From contig QPMI01000280.1 of NCBI GenBank assembly GCA_004431415.1, positions 1,323 through 65,322 of the forward strand: a stretch of DNA of 64,000 nt, in the 5' to 3' direction. The notes beneath the pieces were generated by a model. The model saw nothing but the letters and a program-made list of their open reading frames with translations. It did not search any database and was not told where the DNA came from. The stretch's first letter is position 1. Every line of letters begins with the position of its first letter. This stretch comes from Cyanophora paradoxa CCMP329. Lineage: Eukaryota; Plantae; Glaucophyta. Positions 19,101 through 31,938 of this stretch are shown here, piece by piece. A program made the position numbers and the translations under genes.

Positions 19101-21208
19101 TCACTCCCTCTTCGCCCTGGTCAGTTTGAATTCCCGTCTGGCCACAAAAGCAAGGTCAGGTGCTCACACAAACATTCCAGGGGGAACATGCACAAGGTGC
19201 TAGCCTTAGGCAGGTGCACCCTGCCCAGCAGAGGCCCTGTACGAGGCTCTGCCCTTCCAAGTGGGATCCCACCGAGTGTTTGGGGATTTGAATGTTTCCT
19301 GGGTTCACTCCCTCTTAGCGCTGGTCAGTTTGAATTCCCGTCTGGCCCACAAAAGCAAGGACCGGTGCACACAAAACCTTTCCAGGGGGAACATGCACAA
19401 GGCGCTAGCCTTAGGCAGGTGCACCCTGCCCAGCAGAGGACCTGTGCGAGGCTCTGCCCATCCAAGTGGGATCCCTGCCGAGTGTTTGGGGACTTGAATG
19501 TTTCCTGGGTTCACTCCCTCTTAGCCCTTGTCAGTTTGTATTCCTGTTTGGCCCACAACAGCAAGGTCAGGTGCACACAAAAACAATCCAGGTGGAACAT
19601 GCACAAGGCGCTAGCCTTAGGCAGGTGCACCCTGCCCAGCAGAGGCCCTGTAAGAGGCTCTGCCCTTCCAAGTGGGACCCCCGCCGAGCATTTGGGGACT
19701 TGAATGTTTCCTGGTCTCACTCCCTCTTCGCCCTGGTCAGTTTGAATTCCCGTCTGGCCACAAAAGCAAGGTCAGGTGCTCACAAAAACATTCCAGGGGG
19801 AACATGCACAAGGTGCTAGCCTTAGGCAGGTGCACCCTGCCCAGCAGAGGCCCGGTACGAGGCTCTGCCCTTCCAAGTAAAATCCCCACCAAGTGTTTGG
19901 GGATTTGAATGTTTCCTGGGTTCACTCCCTCTTAGCGCTGGTCAGTTTGAATTCCCGTCTGGCCCACAAAAGCAAGGACCGGTGCACACAAAACCTTTCC
20001 AGGGGGAACATGCACAAGGCGCTAGCCTTAGGCAGGTGCACCCTGCCCAGCAGAGGACCTGTGCGAGGCTCTGCCCATCCAAGTGGGATCCCTGCCGAGT
20101 GTTTGGGGACTTGAATGTTTCCTGGGTTCACTCCCTCTTAGCCCTTGTCAGTTTGTATTCCTGTTTGGCCCACAACAGCAAGGTCAGGTGCACACAAAAA
20201 CAATCCAGGTGGAACATGCACAAGGCGCTAGCCTTAGGCAGGTGCACCCTGCCCAGCAGAGGCCCGGTACGAGGCTCTGCCCTTCCAAGTGGGACCCCCG
20301 GCGAGCGTTTGGGGACTTGAATGTTTCCTGGGTTCACTCCCTCTTAGCCCTGGTCAGTTTGAATTCCCGTCTGGCCCACAAAAGCAAGGACCGGTGCACA
20401 CAAAACCTTTCCAGGGGGAACATGCACAAGGTGCTAGCCTTAGGCAGGTGCACCCTGCCCAGCAGAGGCCCTGTACGAGGCTCTGCCCTTCCAAGTGGGA
20501 TCCCCACCGAGTGTTTGGGGACTTGAATGTTTCCTGGGTTCACTCCCTCTTAGCCCTGGTCGGTTTGAATTCCCGTCAGGCCCACAAAAGCAAGGTCAGG
20601 TGCACACAAAAACAATCCAGGGGGAACATGCACAAGGCGCTAGCCTAAGGCAGGTGCACCCTGCCCAGCAGAGGCCCTGTAAGAGGCTCTGCCCTTCCAA
20701 GTGGGAGCCCTCCCAGTGTTTGGGGACATGAATGTTTCCTGGGCTCACTCCCTCTTAGCGCTGGTCAGTTTGAATTCCTGTCGGGCCCACAAAAGCAAGG
20801 TCAGGTGCTCACAAAAACATTCCAGGGGGAACATGCACAAGGCGCTAGCCTTAGACAGGTGCACCCTGCCCAGCAGAGGCCCTGTAAGAGGCTCTGCTCT
20901 TCCAAGTGGGATCCCCGCCAAGTGTTTGGGGACTTGAATGTTTCCTGGGTTCACTCCCTCTTAGCCGTTGTCAGTTTGTATTCCTGTTTGGCCCACAACA
21001 GCAAGGTCAGGTGCACACAAAATCAATCCAGGTGGAACATGCACAAGGCGCTAGCCTTAGGCAGGTGCACCCTGCCCAGCAGAGGCCCTGTAAGAGGCTC
21101 TGCCCTTCCAAGTGGGACCCCCGCCGAGCGTTTGGGGACTTGAATGTTTCCTGAATTCACTCCTTCGTAGAATGTTTTCTGGGTTCACTCCTTCTTAGCC
21201 CTGGTCAG
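16173..21208. repeat. Satellite B array with a 6-monomer (~1233-bp) higher-order repeat
   Basis: Near-identical variant monomers recur at 16222/17455/18689 and 16428/17661/18895 (spacing 1233-1234 bp). Confidence 0.96.
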
Positions 21209-24200
21209 CCGCCCCAAGGTCACGAACTAGGACCATGTCGTCGATCTCAAAACGTGTCCTATCCTCTTTAGCATTCTCCGCCATAACTTCCTCCTTACTC
21301 TTTGCGAAAATACTGTCAACTCGCTGCTTGGCATCATTCAATCGAGAAAGCATATGTTCCGATTCGTGAGAAAGAGACAAATCATGAGGGAAGACCGCCT
21401 CGCGCCCGTAGACGAGAAAGAACGGCGATACGCCCATTGTCTTGTTTACGTGGCTTCGAATCGCGAACAATGCTGACGAAATATACTTATCCCAATCCGA
21501 GTGCTCGTCATTTATGTAATTATAAATAATATCTTTGAGAGTCTGGTTGAGCTGTTCAATTTTACCAGTCGCCTGAGGTCGGTATCCAGAGTTGAGCACA
21601 GATTTAATTCCAAACTTGCTACAAAGTCGTTTTGTGACTCCACTAGCAAATGCTCCACCTTGATCAGTGTAAATCATTTTTGGAAAAAAATCTCCTCATA
21701 AAGCATGATGCAAGTTGCTCGAGCTTCGCCATATCCAGTGTAGACACATATAGCTGTACATATAAAGCGATTTCCAGATCATGTCCAAAGTGTCCAGACA
21801 TAGACTGATCATGAGATTTCGACATCAACTCATGCTGTAAAAATTTAGGAATAACCACTCTCTGCTGCAGATTGGAAGGCTTGAAAACTAGAATCCCATT
21901 CTTGTCCAAGCCGAAAAACTTGGACGTGCGTAAAAGCTTTTCTTCGTGTGAGTTGTTGCCTTCCAAAATGTCAATCAGTGATCTACAGAACTCATCTTGG
22001 CGTTGGGCCTCGAACAATTCCTCGAACTTATCATCTCCAAATATCATCTCCAGATGCAAAATATCTAAAACATCTTCAGCACTATTGCTGATTTCGTGAG
22101 CCACTGGATAACGTGATGGGCCATCAGCCTTGTTCAATAGTCCTCTCCGATACTGAATGTCAATGTCATATTGCTGAATCAGAGCTGCCCATTGCGCAAG
22201 CTTTCCTTTTCCGGGTTTCAAAGAAAACAGCCATTCCAATGCCTTGCAGTCAGTGTAGAGAATCGATTTGGGGGCACCTTTGATGTAGTGACTCCGAGTA
22301 TTGAGACAATCGACAACAGCTGCACATTCAGCCTCCGAAGCTGCACATTCAGCCAGATTCAGCCTTTTCTCCTTTTTCTGCTATAGAAGTAAACTGGCAT
22401 GATTTTTCCATCCTTCTCCTGCGATAATATACCAGTTTCAAGAATGAAGCGCTTGTTGAAATCGGGGAAGTGGAGAACAGTCTTTTTCAATATCTCTTGC
22501 TTCATTTGCTCGAAGAGTTGCTGATGGTGGTCTGTCCACTTCCACTCAATATTCTTTTGAGTCAATTCATATAAATCAGATGTGATTTGCGAGAAATTCT
22601 GGACATTGTCCCTATAATAGTTGCAAGTGCCCAAGAAAGATCGCATCCGTTGGCTGTGGAAACTCCACAATTGCCTTCAACTTTGCTGGGTCGGGACTTC
22701 TTCCAGTTCCATCAACAATATGCCCAAGAAACTTCAAATCGTTTTGGAATATGTGACACTTGGTAGGTTTTAATTTCGCATGGTTCTTTCGCAGCCTGTT
22801 AAACACTTTCTGCAAATGGGTGCAATGCTCATCAAAAGACTTTGAGAAAGTAATCAAATCGTCAATAAACACAAGCACAAATATCCACAGAAAATTGTTC
22901 AACATTCCTTCCATTATAGACTGAAAAGTTGGGGGTGCATTAGTGAGCCCCATCGCCATCACTTTTAGCTGAAATAATCCAAATGGCGATTTGAATGCTG
23001 TCTTCTCTTTCTCTTGATCCTTCATCTTAACTTGCCAGAACCCACTTGAAAAGTCCATTGTGGAGAATCTTGGGAAGAGGATACACATTCTTCTTTGTTA
23101 TGGCATTCAACTTGCGATAATCAGTAACTAGCCGCATTTCATCTGTGCCTTGCTTTGTAACAAAGAATGCTGGTGCTGACGATGGACTCTGCGAAGGCTC
23201 AGCAATGTTTCTGGAAATTAAATCTTCCAATGTTGTTTTGAAAAGTGCTCTATCCTTAGGAGACCAGTGCATAGGCCTTGAGTTAATGGGAAGTGAAGAT
23301 CCAGTGTCGATGGAGTGCTCACCTGGTAAACAAGCCTTGGGATCAAAAACAAATTTTTCGACAAACACATCACAATTGTTCTGCAACAAAGACTCTATCC
23401 TTTCCTTCTGATCAGCTGTAGCTCCTCAAAATCCATAATCGATTTGCGACTTGATCTTATCAAAATACCCCTTGTCGAATGAAGGCAGAATTGTAGAGAC
23501 TTCAAAGGACATTCCAGGGGAACCTCTTTTTGACCAATTTCCAAAGACATGATCTCGCAGTCCGCTTTAGGCCACCATTCTCTACAGGTTAGCCCTTTGT
23601 TCAAAATTACAGGAAAATTAGAGGAAGAGTTGTACAAAATTCAAAATTCAAGTTGTACAAAATAGAGGAAGTGAGGCCATTCGAAACTTGTTGCACAGTG
23701 GAGAGTTGATAAATTCCAGGGACAATTTCGCATTCAGGAAAAACTATAACTCCTTCTCCATTACTATCTACTTGAAGTACTACCCTAACACCAGTGTTTT
23801 CAGGAATTTTAACATCTTCTGCAAGAGCGACATTTGACTCAGATTTGATTGTTCCAAGTGACAATGGGACTTGCAATGAGGGGTTCACAAAGGAGTGTAC
23901 ACTTCCTTTAGAATGGGAAATGTCGATCTTATTCTTTTGACAATAATCTCTTCCAAGAATCGCATCGTGGGAAAGCTTATCCATCACTACCACTGGTTCA
24001 ACAGTCTGCAAATTTCCTAACTCTATTCTCAATTTTGTTGATCCAACAGCGGGGACAATTTCCTTTGTAAAACCTGGAAGCTTGGGTGCAGCCTTTACAA
24101 CTTCAGGCTGCACTGGCAACTTGTTTAGCAATTTTTGTGAAGCCAAAGAAACGTCTGCTCCTGTGTCCAATGAGGCCCAGGTGGGAATTTCCTGTACCTT

Positions 24201-24400
24201 TACAGGTACTGCCCCTGCCCGGCCCTGCTCATGGACAGTTGGCTTTAGTGCTAGAATTTCCTTGGGGGTAAACACTATTTTGGACGTGGTGTACTGTGCC
24301 ATCCACTTTCCCTGCCTCTGCTCCCTTATTTAGCCCTGTCCTCTGGGCCTGTACCCTTGTACGCGTTGCCATCTGGTCCAGGGACCATCTTAGCACGCTC
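21209..24400 (-). mobile_element. pol: Decayed Ty3/gypsy LTR-retrotransposon pol region no. 1 (PR-RT-RNaseH-IN), frameshifted and internally deleted, no LTR seen
   Basis: PR ASLDTGADVS and DAILGRD; RT APAFFV, RLVTDYRKLN, MDFSSGFWQ, MAMGLTNAPPTFQ, VFIDD; RNaseH end ADGPSR; IN IYTDQGGAF, YRPQATGKIE, SPFFLVYGRE. Domain order is Ty3/gypsy. The right boundary is approximate. Confidence 0.92.
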
Positions 24401-24417
24401 AGAATAGCCCTAGCACT

Positions 24418-27400
24418 ATGACTAGCCTCGCTGCAGCTATGTCTAGTGCTATATTTGTGCCCTCTGTACTCAATCCTACCGAGACTCTGCTGCTCCGTCG
24501 CACTGGTGCTGCTCAGCCTCTTGCTATCGACCTGCCTGCTCAGGTCTGCACTGGGCGTGCTTCTCTTAGCCGCGCATGGGGGCTGCTGCAGGGATCCCGC
24601 CTGGAGCGGAGTCAGGAGCCGGACCCGCGCGGAGGGCAAATCAAGAGGCCCACCTCTACTGCACAGTATGGCGGACGCTACGCCGTGCTCGCAATAGACG
24701 GTGACGTGGAAATGGAGGACGGCGATGACTGGAGTGAAGACGAAGACTAGGAGGACGACGACGGCGAGGAGAATGGAGACGTTGACGGAGACAAAGATGG
24801 AGATGAGGACGAAGACGGAGATGTTGACGGCGACGACAAGCATGACATGGAGATCGACGACGAAGTCGCCCGTCCGCACAACGCCCACCAGCACAAGGCT
24901 CTGTGAAAGGACGAACAAGTCAGACGGGGGCGGAAAGGAGCTGTGTGCGAGGACGAAACGCAACAGGCTCAGTGCGAGGACGAACATCAGACCGTTCGAT
25001 CCCGTGCAGGACGCAAGGGTGCCCAACCCCTCACGGGCGGGGCGTCGCGTGTTCTGTGCGAGGACGAACGAAGGCCCGTGAGTGATCGGAAGGTTCAATC
25101 ACTACGAGCAACGCAAATCGCTGTACCTCGATCGGCGCACGCGGCCACCCTGCCCAAGGAAGGCGGGGCGGATGACGTGTCGATTGGAGGCGAGCGAAGG
25201 CCACAACGTGACCAGTGGAGCACCGTCGCGGAACGAGGCACGCTGAGCTCCAAGAGCGAATGCACAAGCCATGGCGCAGAAGCGACGGGGCGAGACTCCT
25301 CCTCGAGGACTCGGCCAGCGACCACTGTTGAATCACACCTGCAGCAACGGACCTCCACGAGGATCCAGCAGGTTGGTGGGCGCAAGACGGCAGCTGCGAC
25401 AGCGCCGGCGCCGCATCAGCACAGCGGACTGTACGGGAGCAAGCTACGAGCGCACCGTCAGAGCTCCGCGGCGATGCAGGAATCAGGAGAGGGGACAACT
25501 GGACGCAAGAGTCAGTCATCCTCCTGCGCGGCGCAGGACGTCGGGTCGCACCCGACGGAAGACGCCGCGAGGGCGGACAGTACCAGCTTCAGTTGTGCTC
25601 CTGGCTACGCGAAGACGTGGAGATCACAGCTGGCGGTGCCTGCACCGGCCAGCAACCTGTGGACGAACCCCACGGGTTCGATCATCTTCAAGCGTCAAGC
25701 CGAATGGAGGCGGGATTACCTCAAGCGGAAATCGGACGAGCTCACAGACGAGGAGAGCAAGTGTTCCACCACGAGCTCGCCCCAGTCCGACTTCAACCGC
25801 TCCTACCCGCTGGCCCCCCCCTTCTACGAGCGACGAGCGCGACGCGCGCGTACCGCCGAGACATCGAACGATCGACGCACGGGACGCGTCCCGGATGTTG
25901 CAGTCGACGACGATAGCGACAACGACAATGTTGAGGGTCTGGACGACCTTGACGGCATGACTCTGGCTGAGGAGCAAGAAACAATCATTGCCAATCATTG
26001 CGATTGAGCAAACGAACCGGAGTTCATGCGGAGATTCAGGCGAAACTCAACGGCAAGGGACCGTTGAAGGCACTCGTCGACACCAGGGCCGCGTTCTCGA
26101 TTATCTCGAGGCGCCTGGTGGAGAAGCTCGGCCTGCAGGAGAAAATCGACAAGAGCAGGAGAGGCGAGTTTGCGACGGCGGACGGCTCACCAGTCAACGT
26201 ATTAAACTCCATCGACATCGAGGTGACGCTGGGGACGCTCGCAAAATCAGTGCAAGAATTCTTCGTGTGGGAGAATTTGCCAACGCACATTATTCTTGGC
26301 GCCGACTACATCATGGACAATGCGTGGGCCATTGATCTGTCCGAGGGCATCATGAAAAACAAGTCGGGAGAGACAGTCAACATGGAGCCACGCGTACCAA
26401 GCGGCGTCGCGGTGATCGCGTCGGAGGACGTGAAGATCAAGGCTTGACACGAACACGATGTTCTGGTCAAGCTGGATCAAAAGGGCGATCAGCCGAAAAA
26501 TGGCACTCACGGCATGGTGGAAGAGCATCCGTGACTGTATCAGAAGACGAACCTCATGATGGCCGGGAACCTGACAACGTCCCACGACGGCGTCTGCATG
26601 GTGCGGGTGTTGAACTCGCAATATGCAAATCGTCGGATCAAGAAGGGCGCCGTGCTTGGTTACTGGACGCCGGAGGGTCCCGATCTGCAGACAATCAGCT
26701 CTGTTCACGAAGTCAGCGTGAAGAACGACCACACCAGGAAGGAGGAGACGGAGATCAAGAAGGAGGCGACAACACCGGCGGCGGCGAACGGGCCAACGGT
26801 GGCGTCGGTCGGCGAGACGCCGACAGCAACTCGACCTGCGACGCAGCGCAAGGAGTCATGCACCTGCGGGCAATGCGAGGAGTGCCGCACTCGGGAGGCG
26901 GACCCGGCGTGGCAAGCTCTTCGTGCAAGACTTGACGTCGGACATGAGGGTCTGAACACAGCCGTTGTCAGAGGCGTCTGCTCGGTGCTGTACGATTTCA
27001 GACACATGTTTGCATCCGAGTACAAGGTCGAGACGGGCAAGCTGCTGCCCCAAAAATACGCGCACCACATCGACATTCAAGGAGCACGTCCCATTCAGAT
27101 TCCGTTGCAGCGGAACAATGCTCACAAGAACAAGGTGATCTCGGAGCACGTCGAGCAGATGCTCAAGGACAACGTTGTCCGGCCATCCAAGTCACCGTGG
27201 GCATTCCCTGTCGTTCTGGCTAAGAAGAAGGACGGGACGTGGCGATTTTGCGTCGATTATCGTGAATTGAACGCGAAGACGAAGCCAGACGCGTACCCTC
27301 TTCCTCGTGTTGACGACATCTTGGACTCGCTCCAAGGCTCGGTCATCTTTTCGACCGTGGACATGATCAGCGGATACTGGCAATTGCCCCTTGACGAGGC

Positions 27401-30400
27401 GAGCAAAGAGAAGACAGCGTTTCTCACCAGTAACGGCCTCTACGAGTACAATGTGACCCCGTTTGGCCTGTCGAACAGCACGATGGACTGCATCTTAACG
27501 GGCCTCAAATGGATCCATTGCACGGTTTACCTCGATGACATCTGTATCATGTCTCGACGCGTCGAGGATCATGCGGCCGACCTGCGGCGAATCCTGCAGC
27601 GACTGGACGAGGCCAACTTCAGACTCAAGTCGACAAAGTGCTGATTTGCGAAGGCGGAGGTCAAACTTCTGGGCCACATCGTTGACAAGAACGGCATCCG
27701 AATGGACCCCAAGAAGATCGAGAAAATCGTGAAGTGGCCGGTGCCGACGAACCCGAAGCAGCTGCGAGCATTAGCCCTGCCAATTTCGGAAATCCGGGTC
27801 GGCGACCGAAATTCATGGTCACGTCCGGGTCACATCCGTCCCGCGTGTTCGCCCGCTACCTACCCGCCCTGAATCAATTCACGCACTCACCTCGACGATG
27901 ACGTCACGCGACTTTCCATCCACTCTCTCTCGTGGATCGAATCTCGAACTTGTACGCTGCAATCTCGAGAGCTGTCATGAATCAAATTCGACCCTAGCTC
28001 CCCTAAGACGATCGCTCTCCCGTGGACGTCGGCCGAAAATCGAATTTCTCACGCGGATCGATTCCAGTATTTATACCCGGTTCGATTGCGAAACTCCAAA
28101 AAGTGGGACCCGGTCCCGCCCGGTCCCGCGACGAAAGCGCGCCAGGAACACCCCAGAGCGGTACAGAATGAGAGCCGAGGGCGCGCGCACCGCTGCAAGC
28201 TCGATTTCGGGCGCCCTCAACGCTGCAGTGCAAAGACTCAGCCGAAACTTTGACCCAGCCGGTCCCACCCGGTCCCGCGACGCGCGCAATCGATGCATAC
28301 TGGCGTGCATAGACATAGCACGGCGTGCGCACGTGCACTCCAGCGACTCGCTTTTCGGAGCCGGAGCAGTGCAGGAAGGCACCCGGCGGCGAACTTCGGA
28401 AAATTCGATCCTGCACAGGCCCGGACATCTTTCCGCGCGCCCACGCCGCGGCGCATGCACGGAACAATAGTATAAGCATTTGAGATGTAGACAAATCCTT
28501 CCGGGCGCTTTGCAGATGCGCCGGGCCGCGAGGACCCAGCCGACCCCAAGAATTCGATCCTTGACAAACCTGCCCATCTTTCCGCGCGCCCTCGCATCCT
28601 CACGCATGCCCATCCGTACAGTATTCATTTGAGAGCTTTTCCAAGCTTTGCGCAAGCTCTCTGGGGGCGAAAGAGCACAAGAACCCAGCCGACGCCAAAT
28701 TTTCGATCCTGCACAGGCCTGCACATATTTCCGTGCGCCCTCGCCTCCGCAGCCCTCCACATTGATAGTATATGCATTCTAAGAGATTCGCAAGCTCTAC
28801 GCATGTGCATGCGCCTGGCCGCGGGAACCTCGCTCCTCCCCTTCATGAGGAGCTCGAGCGCTAGCTCGAGGTGAGATCGACCTAGGGGGGAAATATATAT
28901 ATATATATTTCCCCCCTAGATCTCACCTAGAGCTCGAGCTCCACCGACCAATATATATATTCCCCCCCAGATGTCACCTCGAGCTCGAGCTCCACCGACC
29001 AATATATGGCGGCGATGAATAAGGTGGCGGCGGGCCCGGGGGGGGGCTTCGAAAAAGCCCAACCTTTCGGACACGCAAGCTTAAGGGCCCACGGCTTATA
29101 TAATTATTCAGTTAGGCCCGGCTCGGCGGTGTACATGTACATGTAGAGGCGCGGCGAGGGGCTGCGACGGCCTGGGGCGGAAGCGCGGCGCGCAGCCGCC
29201 GGCTGCCCTGGCTGCCGGGCTCGCCGGGCGGAGCGCAGCCTCGGAGCACGGCGGCCTGGCGGCATGACTTGGTGGACGGGGCGGGGGCTCGCCAGGCGAA
29301 GCGGAGGCGCGCGGGGCGGCCGCCGGGCGCCGTGGCTCGCCGGGTGGCCATGGGGCGCAGCCTCGGAGCGCGGTGCCGGCGGGCTGGCGCTGCGGCGTGC
29401 CACGGTGGCTCAGCGGCTTGGTGGACGGAGTCGAGGCCCCACGGGCGGCGGCGAGGCTCTCACTGAGCCAGGGCGGGGCAGAGGCATGCAGGGTGGCGCA
29501 GGCAGCTCGCGGGGGGGCTCAGCCATGGCAGAGCAGAGGAGGCCCGGCACGGAGGCGGCGGATCCAGAGCAGCGTGCAGCCTACGGTGCAGGGCCAGGTC
29601 TACGCCTACCGAGCGCTGCAGCTGCCCGCTAAGCCTCATTGACGCTAAGACAGACAGGGAGGCTGAGGGAGCAGGCATGCATTGGCAGGGCTTACCACAC
29701 GTGAGTGTGGGCTTGTTCTACGGCTTCGGGTCATATTACAGGAGATTTATTAAAAACTTCGCAAAAATATGTGAACCTTTGACTGGCCTGCTTCGGTCTG
29801 GCATCGACTGGACCTGAGGAAAGGAGCAACAGTCAGCTTTCGAAGAGCTTCGACGGAAGTTGACGGAGGCACCTGTTCTCCGCTATCCGGATTTCGAGAA
29901 GAAATTCATCTTGCAGACCGACGCTTGCAAGTACGGACTCGGTGCAGTCCTGAAGCAGAAGGACGATCAGGGGAACGAATACATCGTCGCTTGCGCGAGC
30001 CGATCAACGGGCCGCCACGAGAAAAATTACAGTGTACCGGAACTGGAGGCGCTGGCAGTTGTCTGGGCCGTGACGGACGTGTACCGCCCGTACCTCGAGT
30101 TGCGGCCGTTCACTCTGCGGACGGATCACGAGCCGCTCAAGACGTTCCTCAAGCTGACTTACGAGCTGAACGGAGCAAAGGGTGGTCGGATCACTCGCTG
30201 GGTCATGAAACTGAGCAAGTTTCAGTTCGACGTGGAGTACATCAAGGGCAAGACAAACCTCGATGCCGATGCACTCTCACGACTCTGGATCCTCTACTAC
30301 GGTCAACGCGACGTTGGCACGCAGACGGAGGGTTCAACTGCGCAAATTCAGATCAGCGCTGTGCGGGAATTCAAGCAGACAGCGGCCGAGGAGAGGGCCC

Positions 30401-30886
30401 TTGCCTGCAAGATCATTGCCGCCCTGTGGGAGAAGCGGGCCGCGAAGACTGGCAAGAAGGCGAGCTCGCCGCCGACTCTCCAGCAGCTGGCGAAGGAGGC
30501 GCACATCGCCAAGCTCGCGGCCGGCGGCGGCGACAAGCGTGCAATCGAGCGCATCCTCTCGAAGGAGCAGCTGCGGGCGGAAGACCCGTCAGCGAAAACG
30601 GCACCTCCAGTCGTGGCGGCGACACGGATGTCGTACCTGTACGACCGCGGTGTCCGGAAGCTGCCGGCTCGGGAGCACGAGAAGATGGTGGAGGAGATTC
30701 GGGCCGCAGTAGCCCGTCTGCATTCGAAATCGAAGGTCAGCTGCCCTGGATTCGAGGCCACATGCAAACGAGTGGCAGCGCACTTGAAGAAGGACTTGTT
30801 CGGTGGCGACGTCATCAACCGCACCTGGTTCCATCGCATCGTCCGCGACGTGATTGGCAACTGCCGGATCTGCGTGGCGGCGCGCG
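24418..30886 (+). mobile_element. pol: Decayed Ty3/gypsy retrotransposon no. 2 (low-complexity upstream frame, PR, RT, RNaseH, start of IN), interrupted by two insertions
   Basis: PR ALVDTRAAFS and IILGADY (25998-26447); RT SPWAFPVVLAKKKDGTWRFCVDYRELN and VYLDD (26556-27770); RNaseH FILQTDACKYGLGAVL, ELEALAVVWA, TDHEPL, DADALSR (29860 onward); IN Zn-finger ...CRIC cut at 30886. In-frame stops are present. Confidence 0.92.
27772..29716 (+). mobile_element. Non-autonomous Helitron2/Helentron-type element inserted in gypsy no. 2 RT
   Basis: Asymmetric 12-bp inverted repeats AGCCCTGCCAAT (27773-27784) and ATTGGCAGGGCT (29681-29692), then hairpin CCACAC-gtga-GTGTGG (29695-29710) and CTTG. Inserted at T|T. 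Removal restores ...QLRA-FYGFGSYYRRFIKNF. About 27980-28840 is homologous to ~32592-33460. Confidence 0.85.
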
Positions 30887-31143
30887 AGCTGAGCTATACG
30901 CCATTACTCCGCACGTTTAAACTTCCGAGATCCAGCGTATCCAATCGGATTTATTACGATATTCAGTGTATCCAATCGATCTAATCGAGAAACTCAGTAT
31001 TCTCAGTATTGCAATCGACGAGATTCCCGATATCCTTCAATCGATAAAATCTAAACCATTCTCAGTCTGAAAATAAAAATAATCCGCTTCAATTCATGCA
31101 AAAAATGAAAGAGTTTAAAACTATTATCACATCGATCTACAAA

Positions 31144-31416
31144 ATGACCACCATTATACCAGATAACGTAAGAGAGATACTACAAGAGATTACAACAACT
31201 CCAAATGAAGAGCAAGCAAACGCAATTTTAGAGAGAACCGCTAAGAGTATTGGTTTAGATGTTAGCAAACTACCCAATAAATTTAAAAAAGAAATCATGA
31301 AAGACTTCTTTTCTTCCATGGAAACTATCGACACATCCAAATGCTCAAAAATATTAGAAAAACGACATGATGCAAACCATGCACGGGAGAAATTACGCAG
31401 AAAGCATGGTTTCTAA
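31144..31416 (+). CDS. Small hypothetical viral protein
   Basis: AT-rich ORF (track 31096-31416); likely start MTTIIPDNV at 31144, after an AAAAAATGA..GTTTAAAA promoter-like stretch. No recognisable motif. Confidence 0.5.
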   Translation: MTTIIPDNVREILQEITTTPNEEQANAILERTAKSIGLDVSKLPNKFKKEIMKDFFSSMETIDTSKCSKILEKRHDANHAREKLRRKHGF

Positions 31417-31453
31417 GTTTTAGCTTGATGCAAAAATTGATTGAATTTTAAGA

Positions 31454-31731
31454 ATGCTTAAAAAGAAGTAGTAGAAATCGAAATATCACAATGGGTTGGG
31501 AAAAGCGCAAAAGGGACGTTAAAGAATGTGGATGTCACACAGTATGTGAAGTTCATGACTTTTTTAACGATGAAAGGGAATCGTATCGCGTTTATTGCGA
31601 AAAGCACAAACCGAAAACCAAGTAGTCTTAAAGAGGGCATCGCGACGATTCCGAATCTTTTTTCAGAATCGAAAACGGAGCTGTTGGTGAAGAGTTACAG
31701 CAGTTTGTATGAATTTCGTCGAAATTTGTAG
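31454..31731 (+). pseudogene. Small hypothetical viral ORF with a 1-nt frameshift in an A-run
   Basis: The ATG at 31454 joins the open frame EVVEIEISQWVGKSAKGTLKNVDVTQYVKF... if one A is added; AAAATTGA lies just upstream (31433-31440). Confidence 0.4.
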
Positions 31732-31802
31732 TCGGCTTGTCGATTAAACGTCAAGCCGTATCAGGCTTGTCGTTTTTAAGTCAAGTCTCAATCGCATTTT
31801 CC

Positions 31803-31938
31803 GGTATCCCCCGTTTCGCCTTATGAATGGAACTTTCGCTTTTTAGGTATCCCCCGTTTCGCCTCTGACATCTTCCCCCCATCGTCCTGAAATCATCCCC
31901 CCATTGTCCTGAAATCATCCCCCCATCGTCCTGAAATG
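31803..31938. repeat. Short direct repeats between convergent viral genes
   Basis: ggtatcccccgtttcgcc x2 and ccccat(c/t)gtcctgaaat x3 (21-bp period). Confidence 0.7.

Noticed and set aside
1-21208. CRISPR-like array (conserved ~37-bp palindromic core at regular spacing)
   Set aside because: The sequences between cores are themselves repeated rather than unique spacers; there are no cas genes and the context is eukaryotic.
27898-29678. ORFs in the non-autonomous element, in 32575-33830, and antisense/overlapping ORFs across 36-43 kb and 49.5-52 kb
   Set aside because: GC-rich shadow frames with no motifs, and not conserved as ORFs between the two homologous subterminal regions.
27771-29694. 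PIF/Harbinger MITE reading (11-bp TIR with apparent TTA TSD)
   Set aside because: Removing it leaves 24 extra bp, including a hairpin, in the RT. The Helitron2 boundaries restore the RT exactly and match the 3' end at 43673-43697.
21209-30886. LTRs, PBS or PPT for either gypsy element
   Set aside because: No long direct repeats or TG...CA termini could be found; both elements are truncated.
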